Shown one piece after another: positions 9,972 to 19,359 of a stretch of DNA of 64,000 nucleotides; the stretch's first letter is position 1, and each line of letters opens with the position of its first letter. Under the pieces are notes generated by a model. It was not told where the DNA came from, ran no database searches, and saw only the letters and a program-made list of their open reading frames with translations. Source of the stretch: Bacteroidota bacterium (lineage in GTDB: Bacteria > Bacteroidota > Bacteroidia > Chitinophagales > LD1); the NCBI GenBank assembly GCA_947479455.1, contig CANJZE010000002.1:98222-162221 (forward strand), given 5' to 3'. Position numbers and translations under genes: made by a program.

Positions 9972-11888
9972 CTATTTTTTATCGTCTTTTACTTCTTCAT
10001 ACGTTACATCCTGCACATTCTCAGCGTTGGCTTCAGGTGTTCCGTCAACAGTTGGCTGAGCATCACCTGGTTGGGCCGCGCTTTGAGTAGCATTATAAAT
10101 ATCCTGCGAAGCAGCTTGCCATGCACTATTTAACGTTTCGGCTGCCTTATCCATGGCTGCTACATCTTTGCTCTCCTTGGCTGCTTTCAGTTCGGTCAAA
10201 GCAGTTTCAATAGCGGTTTTCTTATCGGCCGGTATTTTATCGCCTACTTCCTTCATTTGTTTTTCGGTTTGGAAAATGAGCGAGTCAATCATATTGGCTT
10301 TCTCGGCTTCTTCACGTGCTTTCTTATCGGCATCTTCATTGGCTTTTGCCTCGTTCTTCATTTTCTCAATTTCTTCTTTCGAAATTCCTGAAGAAGCTTC
10401 GATGCGGATTGATTGCTCTTTGCCCGTGCCTTTATCTTTGGCATGCACATGCACAATTCCGTTTGCGTCAATATCGAAGGTAACTTCTACTTGAGGTGTT
10501 CCTCGCATAGCTGGCGGAATGCCATCGAGGTGAAATCTTCCGATTGTGCGGTTGTCTTTAGCCATCGCTCTTTCGCCCTGTAACACATGTATTTCAACCG
10601 ATGGCTGATTGTCTTGTGCCGTGGTAAACACTTGCGATTTTTTTGTAGGGATAGTAGCGTTCGACTCAATCAACTTGGTCATTACACCACCCATAGTTTC
10701 CAAACCAAGCGAAAGCGGAGTTACATCTACCAACACAATATCATCCTTCACTTCACCACTTAAAATTCCACCTTGAATAGCTGCACCTACAGCTACTACC
10801 TCATCGGGGTTCACACCCTTCGAAGGTTTTTTACCGAAGAATTTTTCTACCACCTCCTGAATTTTAGGGATACGGGTAGAACCACCTACCAGAATTACTT
10901 CATCAATTTTAGAAGCATCGAGTCCGGCATCTTTCAATGCCTGGCGGCAAGGTTCAAGCGTTCTTTCTACCAATACATCGCAAAGCTGTTCGAATTTTGC
11001 GCGGCTCAGTTTGCGCACTAAGTGCTTAGGCACACCGTCAACAGCAGTTATATAAGGCAAATTAATTTCAGTTTCCTGCGAAGAAGAAAGTTCAATCTTT
11101 GCTTTTTCAGCCGCTTCTTTTAAACGCTGCAAAGCCATAGGGTCTTTGCGTAAATCAACACGCTCTTCGGTTTGAAATTCATTTGCTAACCACTGAATAA
11201 TTTCATGGTCGAAATCATCACCACCCAAGTGCGTATCGCCATTGGTAGATTTTACTTCAAACACACCATCACCCATTTCCAAAACCGAAACGTCAAACGT
11301 TCCTCCACCTAAGTCGAAAACCGCCACGTGAATATCGCGGTGTTGTTTATCTAAACCGTAAGCAAGCGCTGCAGCGGTTGGTTCATTCAAAATTCTTCTC
11401 ACCGTCAAGCCCGCAATTTCACCGGCTTCTTTGGTTGCCTGGCGTTGTGCATCGTTGAAATAGGCAGGTACAGTAATAACCGCTTCGGTAACTGTTTGCC
11501 CTAAATAATCCTCTGCTGTTTTCTTCATTTTTTGAAGAATAACCGCAGAAAGTTCCTGAGCTGAGTAGAGACGACCGTCAATATCTACCCGCACGGTATT
11601 GTTATCGCCCTTTACTACTTTATAAGGAACGCGTGGAATTTCTTTAGCCGCCTCGCCAAACAAAATACCCATAAAACGCTTGATGGATGAAATGGTTTTT
11701 GTAGGGTTGGTAATTGCCTGACGTTTTGCAGGGTCACCTACTTTACGCTCGCCATTGGGCAAAAACGCCACAATACTCGGGGTAGTTCTTCTGCCTTCAT
11801 CATTTTGAATAACTACCGGGTCGTTACCCTCCATTACCGAAACACACGAGTTGGTAGTTCCTAAGTCAATTCCTATAATCTTTCCCAT
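9972..11888 (-). CDS. dnaK: molecular chaperone DnaK (Hsp70)
   Basis: 638 aa. [19 protein letters not shown] and [11 protein letters not shown] signatures. Confidence 0.97.
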   Translation of the reverse strand: MGKIIGIDLGTTNSCVSVMEGNDPVVIQNDEGRRTTPSIVAFLPNGERKVGDPAKRQAITNPTKTISSIKRFMGILFGEAAKEIPRVPYKVVKGDNNTVRVDIDGRLYSAQELSAVILQKMKKTAEDYLGQTVTEAVITVPAYFNDAQRQATKEAGEIAGLTVRRILNEPTAAALAYGLDKQHRDIHVAVFDLGGGTFDVSVLEMGDGVFEVKSTNGDTHLGGDDFDHEIIQWLANEFQTEERVDLRKDPMALQRLKEAAEKAKIELSSSQETEINLPYITAVDGVPKHLVRKLSRAKFEQLCDVLVERTLEPCRQALKDAGLDASKIDEVILVGGSTRIPKIQEVVEKFFGKKPSKGVNPDEVVAVGAAIQGGILSGEVKDDIVLVDVTPLSLGLETMGGVMTKLIESNATIPTKKSQVFTTAQDNQPSVEIHVLQGERAMAKDNRTIGRFHLDGIPPAMRGTPQVEVTFDIDANGIVHVHAKDKGTGKEQSIRIEASSGISKEEIEKMKNEAKANEDADKKAREEAEKANMIDSLIFQTEKQMKEVGDKIPADKKTAIETALTELKAAKESKDVAAMDKAAETLNSAWQAASQDIYNATQSAAQPGDAQPTVDGTPEANAENVQDVTYEEVKDDKK

Positions 11889-12048
11889 AAATCTTTAGTT
11901 TTTGTTTGGCGGCTTTAAGGCAATAGCTGTGCCGCAGCAAAAACCGAAAGAGAATATGACATTTTGAAGATTCGGTCTGCCAAAAGCCGAAGGATTTGAA
12001 TTTAAACTCAAAAGGAGAGGCGGCAAAATGGCAGGGAGGTAACAAATG

Positions 12049-12327
12049 CTATCTGTTTTCTTGAATTTCGAAACTTTTGAACCCTTGAACAACGTCTTCC
12101 TGAACGGAAACGTATTTTACGTAGGCATTACCAGGTCCATGGTGACACCACTGAATAAATTTTGTCAATAAATTTTCGTCACCTTCTATTTCTGCGTAAA
12201 CATCTCCGTTTGCCATATTGCATACAAATCCATTTACAGAAAGAAGTAGAGCCATTTGTTTTGCAGAAGCTCTGTAATTAACTCCCTGAACTTTACCTTG
12301 AACTATAATATTGTAATGCTTAATCAT
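12049..12327 (-). CDS. acyP: acylphosphatase
   Basis: 92 aa. VQGKVQGVNYR motif and a GDVYAEIEG segment typical of acylphosphatases. Confidence 0.8.
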   Translation of the reverse strand: MIKHYNIIVQGKVQGVNYRASAKQMALLLSVNGFVCNMANGDVYAEIEGDENLLTKFIQWCHHGPGNAYVKYVSVQEDVVQGFKSFEIQENR

Positions 12328-12343
12328 AAAAGCAGATGAAGGG

Positions 12344-13597
12344 CTATCTAATCTTGAGCGTAACCACTGTAAGAATAGCCAGCAGAATTCCTACAATCCA
12401 GAAGCGGGAAACGATTTTGCTTTCGTTCATGCCGAGTTTTTGGAAATGGTGATGAAGAGGCGACATCAAAAAGATTCTTCTGCCTTCGCCAAATTTTTTC
12501 TTGGTGTATTTGAAATAGCTTACCTGCATTACCACGCTCAGGTTCTCTATCAAAAATATTCCGCACATCACTGGTATTAATAATTCTTTGCGCACAATAA
12601 TGGCAATGGTGGCAATGATTCCTCCAAGTGCGAGTGAGCCGGTATCACCCATAAATACTTCGGCAGGGTAGGCATTATACCATAGGAAGCCGATGCATGC
12701 ACCTACAAACGCGGCAATAAAAATTACGAGTTCTCCCACATTAGGTATGTACATAATATCGAGGTAATCGGCAAAAATGATGTTACCCGAAACGTAAGCA
12801 AAAACTAAAAGCGTTACTCCTATAATTGCGGAGGTGCCTGTGGCTAATCCGTCAATACCATCGGTAAGATTAGCTCCATTGCTAACCGCTGTAATAATAA
12901 AAATGACGACCGGAATAAAAATGAGCCATGCATATTTGCACCATTCTTTGTTGATGGCGCAAAGCACTATTGAGTAATCAATCTCATGACTTTTCAAAAA
13001 CGGAATAGTGGTGGTAGGCGCTTTTTGAGTGAGCATATAATGCACGTGCGCATTATCGTCAGTTACTTTTGAAATCAGGTTGCTGTTGTATTTGTAAACT
13101 TCTCCCTGAGGTATTTCTTCTTTGGTTACAACACTTTTGTTGAAATAAAGAACAGTGCCTACTATAATTCCTAAACCCACCTGCCCTATAATCTTAAACG
13201 TTCCTGCCAATCCTTTTTTGTCTTTCTTAAACACTTTGATGTAATCATCTGCAAAACCAATAATGCCGAGCCACACCGTAGCAATAAGCATAAGGATGAT
13301 GTAAATATTTTCTAACCTCGCAAAGAGCAATGTTGGAATCAAGATGGAACCAAGAATGATTAATCCGCCCATGGTAGGAGTTCCCTTCTTTGCATTTTCT
13401 CCTGCTAAACCTAACTCTCTTATTGTTTCTCCTATTTGTTTTTTGCGAAGCAGGGCAATAAGCTTTCCGCCATACAACATAGAAATTACCAACGATAGCA
13501 ACACTGCAGCCGCAGCTCTAAACGAGATGAAGTTGAACAGCCCCGCTCCCGGGAAGTTGTAATGCGTATCCAAAAATTTGAAAAGATAGTAGAGCAT
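12344..13597 (-). CDS. mraY: phospho-N-acetylmuramoyl-pentapeptide transferase
   Basis: 417-aa polytopic membrane protein. [19 protein letters not shown] and HHHF motifs. Confidence 0.93.
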   Translation of the reverse strand: MLYYLFKFLDTHYNFPGAGLFNFISFRAAAAVLLSLVISMLYGGKLIALLRKKQIGETIRELGLAGENAKKGTPTMGGLIILGSILIPTLLFARLENIYIILMLIATVWLGIIGFADDYIKVFKKDKKGLAGTFKIIGQVGLGIIVGTVLYFNKSVVTKEEIPQGEVYKYNSNLISKVTDDNAHVHYMLTQKAPTTTIPFLKSHEIDYSIVLCAINKEWCKYAWLIFIPVVIFIITAVSNGANLTDGIDGLATGTSAIIGVTLLVFAYVSGNIIFADYLDIMYIPNVGELVIFIAAFVGACIGFLWYNAYPAEVFMGDTGSLALGGIIATIAIIVRKELLIPVMCGIFLIENLSVVMQVSYFKYTKKKFGEGRRIFLMSPLHHHFQKLGMNESKIVSRFWIVGILLAILTVVTLKIR

Positions 13598-13675
13598 AGC
13601 TCTTGTTTTAATTTGTCTTTTTGATTTGCGAACAACGATTAACGAATGCAGAAGTTCGCAGATCGCATAATTGTA

Positions 13676-15013
13676 TTACAGCTTAATCACTTCTTCTTTA
13701 AACTTCTTTCCTCTGTCTTCGTAGTTTTCAAACAAATCGAATGATGCACATGACGGAGATAGCAACACGCAATCACCGGGGTTGCCCAATTGATATGCCA
13801 TACGAACAGCATCACCCATGTTGGTTACGTTCACCATAATGTCTACCATTTTTCCAAACGCAGAATGCAGTTTGGTATTGTCTAATCCCAGACAAATCAT
13901 ACCACGCACCTTCTTTTTAACGAGCGGGTCAAGCACGGCATAATCGTTGCCTTTGTCAATACCACCGGCAATCCAGATGATGGGTTTGTTCATTGATTCA
14001 AGCGCATACCATGTGCTGTTCACATTGGTTGCTTTTGAATCGTTGATGAACTCGATGTTGCGCACTTTGGCTACGCTTTCCATACGATGTTCCAGCGATT
14101 TCATGTCTGATAAACTTTCACGAATCTGCTCCTTACGCAGTCCGTAAACATTAGCTACTATCCCAGCGGCTAATGAGTTGTAAACGTTGTGACGTCCACT
14201 TAATCCGAGTTCCTGAATACTCATGGTGAATTGGTTTTGGTTATGGTTTATAATGATGTTTTCGTTTTGTACAAATCCGCCTTCTGCAAATTCTTTATCG
14301 TATGCAAAAGGAATTTTGTGTGCTTTGGTTGGATACTTATCCATGTTTGCCATCGTGATTTCATCATCGGCACAGTAGATGAAAAAATCTTTCTCGTTTT
14401 GATTCTTCGTAATGTTGAATTTCGAAGTCACATAATTCTCTAACTCGTAATTGTATCTGTCTAAATGGTCGGGAGTGATGTTTGTCAGCACCGCCACATT
14501 CGGGCGGAACTTTTCGATATCATCCAATTGAAAACTTGAAATCTCTAACACGTAGTAATCATAGTTCTCAGTCGCCACCTGATAGGCAAAACTCTTTCCT
14601 ATGTTTCCGCCTAAGCCCACATTCATTCCGCCACTCTTCATGATATGATAAGTGAGCGCGGTCGTTGTTGTCTTTCCGTTCGCACCCGTAATGCCCACTA
14701 TTTGGGCATTCGTAAACCATGAACCGAATTCGATTTCGCTTACAATCTTTATTCCCTGTTTGCGAATCTTTTTTACCATCTCTGCCTTCTCAGGAATGCC
14801 CGGGCTCTTCATCACTACATCGGCATTCAGAATTTTTTCTTCTGTATGTTTTGCTTCTTCGTATTCAATCTTCCACTCTTTCAATTGCGCCTTGTAGTTG
14901 TCTTTTATTTTCCCTCCATCACTTACAAATACATCGTAACCTTGCTTCACGCCAAGCACAGCAGTTCCCAAACCGCTTTCACCTGCACCAAGAATTACGA
15001 GACGCTTTTTCAT
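13676..15013 (-). CDS. murD: UDP-N-acetylmuramoylalanine--D-glutamate ligase
   Basis: 445 aa. ILGAGESG Rossmann N-terminus, GITGANGKTTT P-loop and DSKATN motif. Its start overlaps the ftsI stop (ATGA). Confidence 0.92.
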   Translation of the reverse strand: MKKRLVILGAGESGLGTAVLGVKQGYDVFVSDGGKIKDNYKAQLKEWKIEYEEAKHTEEKILNADVVMKSPGIPEKAEMVKKIRKQGIKIVSEIEFGSWFTNAQIVGITGANGKTTTTALTYHIMKSGGMNVGLGGNIGKSFAYQVATENYDYYVLEISSFQLDDIEKFRPNVAVLTNITPDHLDRYNYELENYVTSKFNITKNQNEKDFFIYCADDEITMANMDKYPTKAHKIPFAYDKEFAEGGFVQNENIIINHNQNQFTMSIQELGLSGRHNVYNSLAAGIVANVYGLRKEQIRESLSDMKSLEHRMESVAKVRNIEFINDSKATNVNSTWYALESMNKPIIWIAGGIDKGNDYAVLDPLVKKKVRGMICLGLDNTKLHSAFGKMVDIMVNVTNMGDAVRMAYQLGNPGDCVLLSPSCASFDLFENYEDRGKKFKEEVIKL

Positions 15014-17109
15014 TTTAATTCAATACTGATTGACATTCCTTTCGAAATTTTTTCTCCTACTATGCTTTGCTTCATCACGTTTCCTCTTCCGCTTACCAAT
15101 ACTTTAAGTCCTAAGGTTTCCAATTGATATAATGCATCTTTCAAACTCATTCCTGTTACATCAGGCACTATTTGATTATTGATTTCGTTTTCTGCCAACA
15201 GAACTTTGTTTCCGTTTGTTGAAGCAGTTGCCCATTCGGTATTTACATCATTCACTTTGGTGCCAAGAAAAGCGTAGATGTTTTTTATGTCGGCTGAATT
15301 TCCTTTTTGAATGCGCGGCAGTTTGTTTACTATGGCCACTTGCTCATTCACCGCTTTGTGCATATTCAAATTGAGTGAGTAAACTTTGTCGGCCACTTCT
15401 TTGAAAATTGAACCTGCTACCACGTTCCCGTAATATCCATTTGCACTTGGTGAACTTATCATCACAATCATGCTATATTGCGGATCTTCGGCCGGGAAAA
15501 AACCACAGAAAGAAGCGCGGTAATCCTTTTTGCCTTCGCTTGTATAACCTTTCTTTCCTTGTGAAATAACTGCGGTTCCGGTTTTTCCTGCTACATGGAG
15601 ATAGCCAGTTTTTAAATTCATAGCAGTACCGTTTTCCACCACACCAACCAACATTCCTCTTAATTGTTGAATCGTTCTTTGGCTGCAAATTCTTGGGTTC
15701 AAAACAGTGGTAGTTGTGGAGTCAACAGTGGCGTTGTATTCTTTAACTCTCGCAACCAAGTAGGGTTGGACCATTGCACCATTATTGGCTATGGCATTGT
15801 AAAACATCAATGTGTGAAGCGGAGTAATTGCTAATTCGTAGCCGTGTGCGATGTAAGCGGCAGAAACACCACTCCATGTTTTTGGGTCGTGCAAAATTGG
15901 TTTTGCAGCACCCGGCAATTCAATATGGATAGGTTTTGAAAAACCAAAATCAACCAGGTGCTTGTAGAATTTTTCTTTGAGTGCCGAATAATTTTTATCT
16001 GCCAATGAAGCTACTGCCACATTACTCGATTCTTCAAATGCACGTTGAACTGTCAGTTCCGGAGTTTCAGGTTTGTCGTGGTCAGAAATTGTTTTCTTGT
16101 AAACGGTATAATGACCATCGCCAACAAAAACTTTTGTGTTAGCGGTCACCAAACCATCTTCCATCATACTGGCGTAAGACGCTAACTTGAAAGTAGAGCC
16201 TGGTTCTGTAGCTTCGCCTACAGCGTAGTTTGCAATTTCACCGTAGGTAGAATCTTTAACCAGACCAAGATTTGCCATCGCTTTAATCTTTCCGGTTTTT
16301 ACTTCCATCAGCACCACGCAACCATGGTCAGCAGCATGATGTTGCAAAGCGCGCATGAGTGCATCTTCGGCAACGTCCTGTAATTCCACATCAAGGGTGG
16401 TGTAAATATCTCTGCCGGGTTGAGGTGCAATTTCTTCCCTGCTGTCGAGTGGAACGGTTACTCCGCCTGCAATCTTCTGCACCATCACTGTTCCTTCTTT
16501 TCCTTTCAAAATAGAATCGAACTGTTTTTCAATTCCGAACACCCCACCGTTATCGTTGATAGAACCGATAGAGCGTTTTGCCAACTGCACAAAAGGATTC
16601 AAACGCTTGTCTTCCTGCAAGGCAATCATTCCACTTTTGTATTGCCCTTCACGAAACATCGGCCACAACTTCATTTCGTTCAACTGATTGTAAGTGACAT
16701 TGCGCTTTAATAAATAGTAACGGCTTTTCTTTTTTCGCTCAGCAACCAATTCACTTTTGTATTGCCTTTCATTTTTTTCAGGAAACATTTTTGCCAGTAA
16801 CAGCGAAACGCTGTCTACATTGTCAGTAAATATTTCTTTGTGCAGATAAGTTGTTTTGAAATCAATCCGAATGTCGAACGTAGGAAGCGTAGTGGCGAGC
16901 AAGCGACCATCTTCACTATAAATATTTCCTCGCTCTGCTAAAATTGTTTTCGAAAAAATGGTAAGCGAGTCTGCCAATGACCGATAGTAATCGCCCTGCG
17001 CGGTTTGTATATAAAACGCCCGACCAATAATGGCTAATCCTAATAAGAAAATAAACGCAAAGCCCAGATAAGCTCTCAGTAAGATTTCGCGTTTTTTGTT
17101 TGCTGCCAT
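15010..17109 (-). CDS. ftsI: penicillin-binding protein (FtsI/PBP3-like transpeptidase) with C-terminal PASTA domain
   Basis: 699 aa. N-terminal TM, STFK active-site motif (EPGSTFKL), KTGT motif and a PASTA-like tail (VPDVTGMSLKDALYQLETLGLKV). Confidence 0.9.
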   Translation of the reverse strand: MAANKKREILLRAYLGFAFIFLLGLAIIGRAFYIQTAQGDYYRSLADSLTIFSKTILAERGNIYSEDGRLLATTLPTFDIRIDFKTTYLHKEIFTDNVDSVSLLLAKMFPEKNERQYKSELVAERKKKSRYYLLKRNVTYNQLNEMKLWPMFREGQYKSGMIALQEDKRLNPFVQLAKRSIGSINDNGGVFGIEKQFDSILKGKEGTVMVQKIAGGVTVPLDSREEIAPQPGRDIYTTLDVELQDVAEDALMRALQHHAADHGCVVLMEVKTGKIKAMANLGLVKDSTYGEIANYAVGEATEPGSTFKLASYASMMEDGLVTANTKVFVGDGHYTVYKKTISDHDKPETPELTVQRAFEESSNVAVASLADKNYSALKEKFYKHLVDFGFSKPIHIELPGAAKPILHDPKTWSGVSAAYIAHGYELAITPLHTLMFYNAIANNGAMVQPYLVARVKEYNATVDSTTTTVLNPRICSQRTIQQLRGMLVGVVENGTAMNLKTGYLHVAGKTGTAVISQGKKGYTSEGKKDYRASFCGFFPAEDPQYSMIVMISSPSANGYYGNVVAGSIFKEVADKVYSLNLNMHKAVNEQVAIVNKLPRIQKGNSADIKNIYAFLGTKVNDVNTEWATASTNGNKVLLAENEINNQIVPDVTGMSLKDALYQLETLGLKVLVSGRGNVMKQSIVGEKISKGMSISIELK

Positions 17110-17217
17110 AGTGCGTTTTAGACAATACTTTATACTTCCGAATTTCGGTGGTTGCTCATCCGTTCCCGTTTGTCGGGAGCATTTTCAGGAGATGAGCTTT
17201 CACTTGATTCAGCATGT

Positions 17218-17613
17218 TTATTCTTTAACTTCTATTTTATAAGGGGGTATTCTCAGTTCCTTTAGCCCTTGTGTGTTTACCAATTTTGCCACTTCGCTTT
17301 GTTTGCTTTTTTGCATTAAGCTACTGGTGGTCGTCATGTATTGCCAGCGCAGTTGTTTCACTTCCTTTTCGGTTTTAGTGATGTTGCGTGCGTATGTTTC
17401 TGCCATGTGATTGTTTGCAATGTGCAAGGCAGCCAGCCCAACCAGAAACAACACAAACGGCATATTGAACAGCACTTTCTTAAGTCCTGTTTCACCCACG
17501 GCATCCATTTTGCCGAGCAAAAAAGCAAACCCAGCCCCCTTGCCCCCCGAAGGGGGAGTTGGTTTTGCCTCTTGCTCTGCGTTTAGTGCTTCTGTTTTAT
17601 TTATGTCTTCCAT
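17218..17613 (-). CDS. FtsL-like cell division membrane protein
   Basis: 131 aa with a single TM (FVLFLVGLAALHIANN). Its position between rsmH and ftsI matches the Bacteroidota FtsL-like family. Confidence 0.7.
   Translation of the reverse strand: MEDINKTEALNAEQEAKPTPPSGGKGAGFAFLLGKMDAVGETGLKKVLFNMPFVLFLVGLAALHIANNHMAETYARNITKTEKEVKQLRWQYMTTTSSLMQKSKQSEVAKLVNTQGLKELRIPPYKIEVKE
17533..17562 (+). repeat. diverged hairpin-repeat copy D inside the ftsL-like CDS (AGCCCCCTTGCCCCCCGAAGGGGGAGTTGG)
   Basis: It has the same AGCCCC start and C-rich arm / GAA / G-rich arm layout as copy A. On the minus strand it is read in frame as PTPPSGGKGAG. Confidence 0.55.
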
Positions 17614-17620
17614 TTGCCTT

Positions 17621-17660
17621 TTGTATTTAAGTCTCCCCTTCGGGGAGATTTAGAGGGGCT
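17621..17660 (-). repeat. GC-rich hairpin repeat, copy B; 40/40 identical to copy A
   Basis: The reverse complement equals 6269..6308. Its distal end encodes the last three codons (QPL) and the TAA stop of rsmH. Confidence 0.85.
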
Positions 17661-18573
17661 GTTTTTCGGCTACCCTCAGCTTTGCACTTCTGCTTCTGCT
17701 GTTTTGTTTTTGTTCTTGAGCGCTTGCTTCAATCGGTTTCTTTGTAATCAGTTTGAATTTCTTTTCAATGTTGCCGTAGAAATCTTTTACCGGCTCCTCA
17801 TCAAAATTCCCATGCTTCATAAAATTTTTCACTAACCTGTCTTCGAGCGAGTGAAACGTGATAACCGCTAATCTTCCTCCCGGTTTCAAAACCTCTGCAC
17901 TTTGTTCGAGCAGTTTTTTCAGCGCACCCAACTCATCATTCACTTCAATTCTTATTGCCTGAAAAACCTGCGCCAGATATTTATGTCGTTCTCCAATTCT
18001 ATTTGCTTCGCACACCGTCAGTAAATCGGCAATCGTTTCAAATGCTTTTCCGTTTCGAACTTCCATGATGGCATTAGCCAAAGTTTTTGCATTTCGCAAT
18101 TCGCCATTCGTGCTGAACATTTTCTGCAAATCATCTGCACTCATTTCGTTCAACACATCAGCAGCTGTTTTATCGCCTTGCTTATTCATGCGCATATCCA
18201 ACGGACCATCGAAACGAAAACTGAAACCGCGTTCGGCAGTATCAAACTGCCAGCTCGAAACTCCAAGGTCAGCCAGAATTCCATCTACCGGAATTGCATT
18301 GTGCAATCGCAAAAATCTTTTCAGCTCGCTGAAGTTTGCCTGTACCAAAGTGAAGCGTTCATCTTTCGGTGCATTCTGCTTCGCATCTTCATCCTGGTCA
18401 AAGCCGAAGAGTTTTCCTTTCTCATTCAACTGCTTCAAAATTTCTTTTGAATGTCCGCCTCCGCCAAACGTGGCATCTACATATATGCCGTTTGGTTGAA
18501 TGTGGAGTCCTTCAATACTCTCATGTAAAAGAACGCTGGTGTGATAAGAAGATTCCGAAGATTCTTTCTTCAT
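17650..18573 (-). CDS. rsmH: 16S rRNA (cytosine1402-N4)-methyltransferase
   Basis: 307 aa. HTSVLLHES and DATFGGGGHS motifs, and a conserved position after mraZ. Confidence 0.93.
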   Translation of the reverse strand: MKKESSESSYHTSVLLHESIEGLHIQPNGIYVDATFGGGGHSKEILKQLNEKGKLFGFDQDEDAKQNAPKDERFTLVQANFSELKRFLRLHNAIPVDGILADLGVSSWQFDTAERGFSFRFDGPLDMRMNKQGDKTAADVLNEMSADDLQKMFSTNGELRNAKTLANAIMEVRNGKAFETIADLLTVCEANRIGERHKYLAQVFQAIRIEVNDELGALKKLLEQSAEVLKPGGRLAVITFHSLEDRLVKNFMKHGNFDEEPVKDFYGNIEKKFKLITKKPIEASAQEQKQNSRSRSAKLRVAEKQPL

Positions 18574-18576
18574 CGT

Positions 18577-19032
18577 TTATCTTTTCTCTTTCTGCTCTTG
18601 TGCCGCCTTTGCCGCTAAACCTTTTATGTTGCCAATGCTTGCGTTTTGGTATTGCTCTAACTTGGCAGCATCCCAAATTTGTATTTGGTCAAACACGCCC
18701 AACAACACCACATCTTTACTATTACCCAGGTATTTCGATAATCCTTTATTGATTAAGAAGCGGTCGGCATTGTCAAACTGCACTTCGGTTAAGCCAATCA
18801 TGCTGGCGCGCACAAACTGACGAAGTTCAGGGTCGCTTTGATTAAGAGCGCGCAAACTGGCTTCCTTTTCTTCCCAAGCTTTCATAGGATAAATAACCAA
18901 GCAGTCTTCAATGTCTTTTGCAATCATGAACGCGCCTTTCTCCTCGGCAGGAAATAACTTGCGCAAAGCGGAAGGCATTTTTATGCGCCCCTTGTCGTCC
19001 ATTGTGCATTCGTATTCTCCGCGGAAATTCAT
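18577..19032 (-). CDS. mraZ: division/cell wall cluster transcriptional regulator MraZ
   Basis: 151 aa. Two DxxGR-type repeats (DDKGRIKMP, DNADRFLI). It is the first gene of the dcw block. Confidence 0.9.
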   Translation of the reverse strand: MNFRGEYECTMDDKGRIKMPSALRKLFPAEEKGAFMIAKDIEDCLVIYPMKAWEEKEASLRALNQSDPELRQFVRASMIGLTEVQFDNADRFLINKGLSKYLGNSKDVVLLGVFDQIQIWDAAKLEQYQNASIGNIKGLAAKAAQEQKEKR

Positions 19033-19070
19033 GATTGATTTTTAATTACAGTTGCAAATGAAATCTTTTT

Positions 19071-19095
19071 CCCACAAAAAACCACAACGTGACAC
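19071..19095 (-). promoter_or_regulatory. candidate MraZ operator: three direct GTGNN repeats at exact 10-bp spacing
   Basis: Minus strand: GTGTC-N5-GTGGT-N5-GTGGG, lying 39-63 nt upstream of the mraZ ATG. It resembles the GTGGG-type repeat operator described for MraZ. Confidence 0.45.
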
Positions 19096-19293
19096 AAAAT
19101 TGGGCATTTATATTTTTCAACAAACCATATAAAACATAATTACCAATGAAAAATATGGTTTTCATTGGTGGTAAAACGTGGTTTTATTTTACACAATAGG
19201 GCTAAATGTGGAAAATCATAGGCTTTATCAACAGCTTTTTTTGATTAAAAAACAAGGAGAGCTTGGTAAAAAGGGGAATTGGTGGGAAGACTA

Positions 19294-19328
19294 TAAATAA
19301 AAATGCTCCGTGCTAAAGCACAGAGCAT
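19294..19328 (-). terminator. intrinsic terminator of parC
   Basis: Minus strand: ATGCTCTGTGCT-TT-AGCACGGAGCAT (12-bp stem with one G-U pair) followed by TTTTATTTA. Confidence 0.7.
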
Positions 19329-19359
19329 TTTTAATAAAGACTAATTGTAGTAGAGCGAG

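Noticed and set aside
10153-10494. Antisense ORFs inside dnaK. Similar shadow ORFs occur in the adhesin gene (59319..59732, 60069..60347), katG, parC, mraY, murD, recN, the lpx genes and others.
   Set aside because: They sit entirely within strongly supported genes on the opposite strand and have biased, low-complexity composition typical of shadow ORFs.
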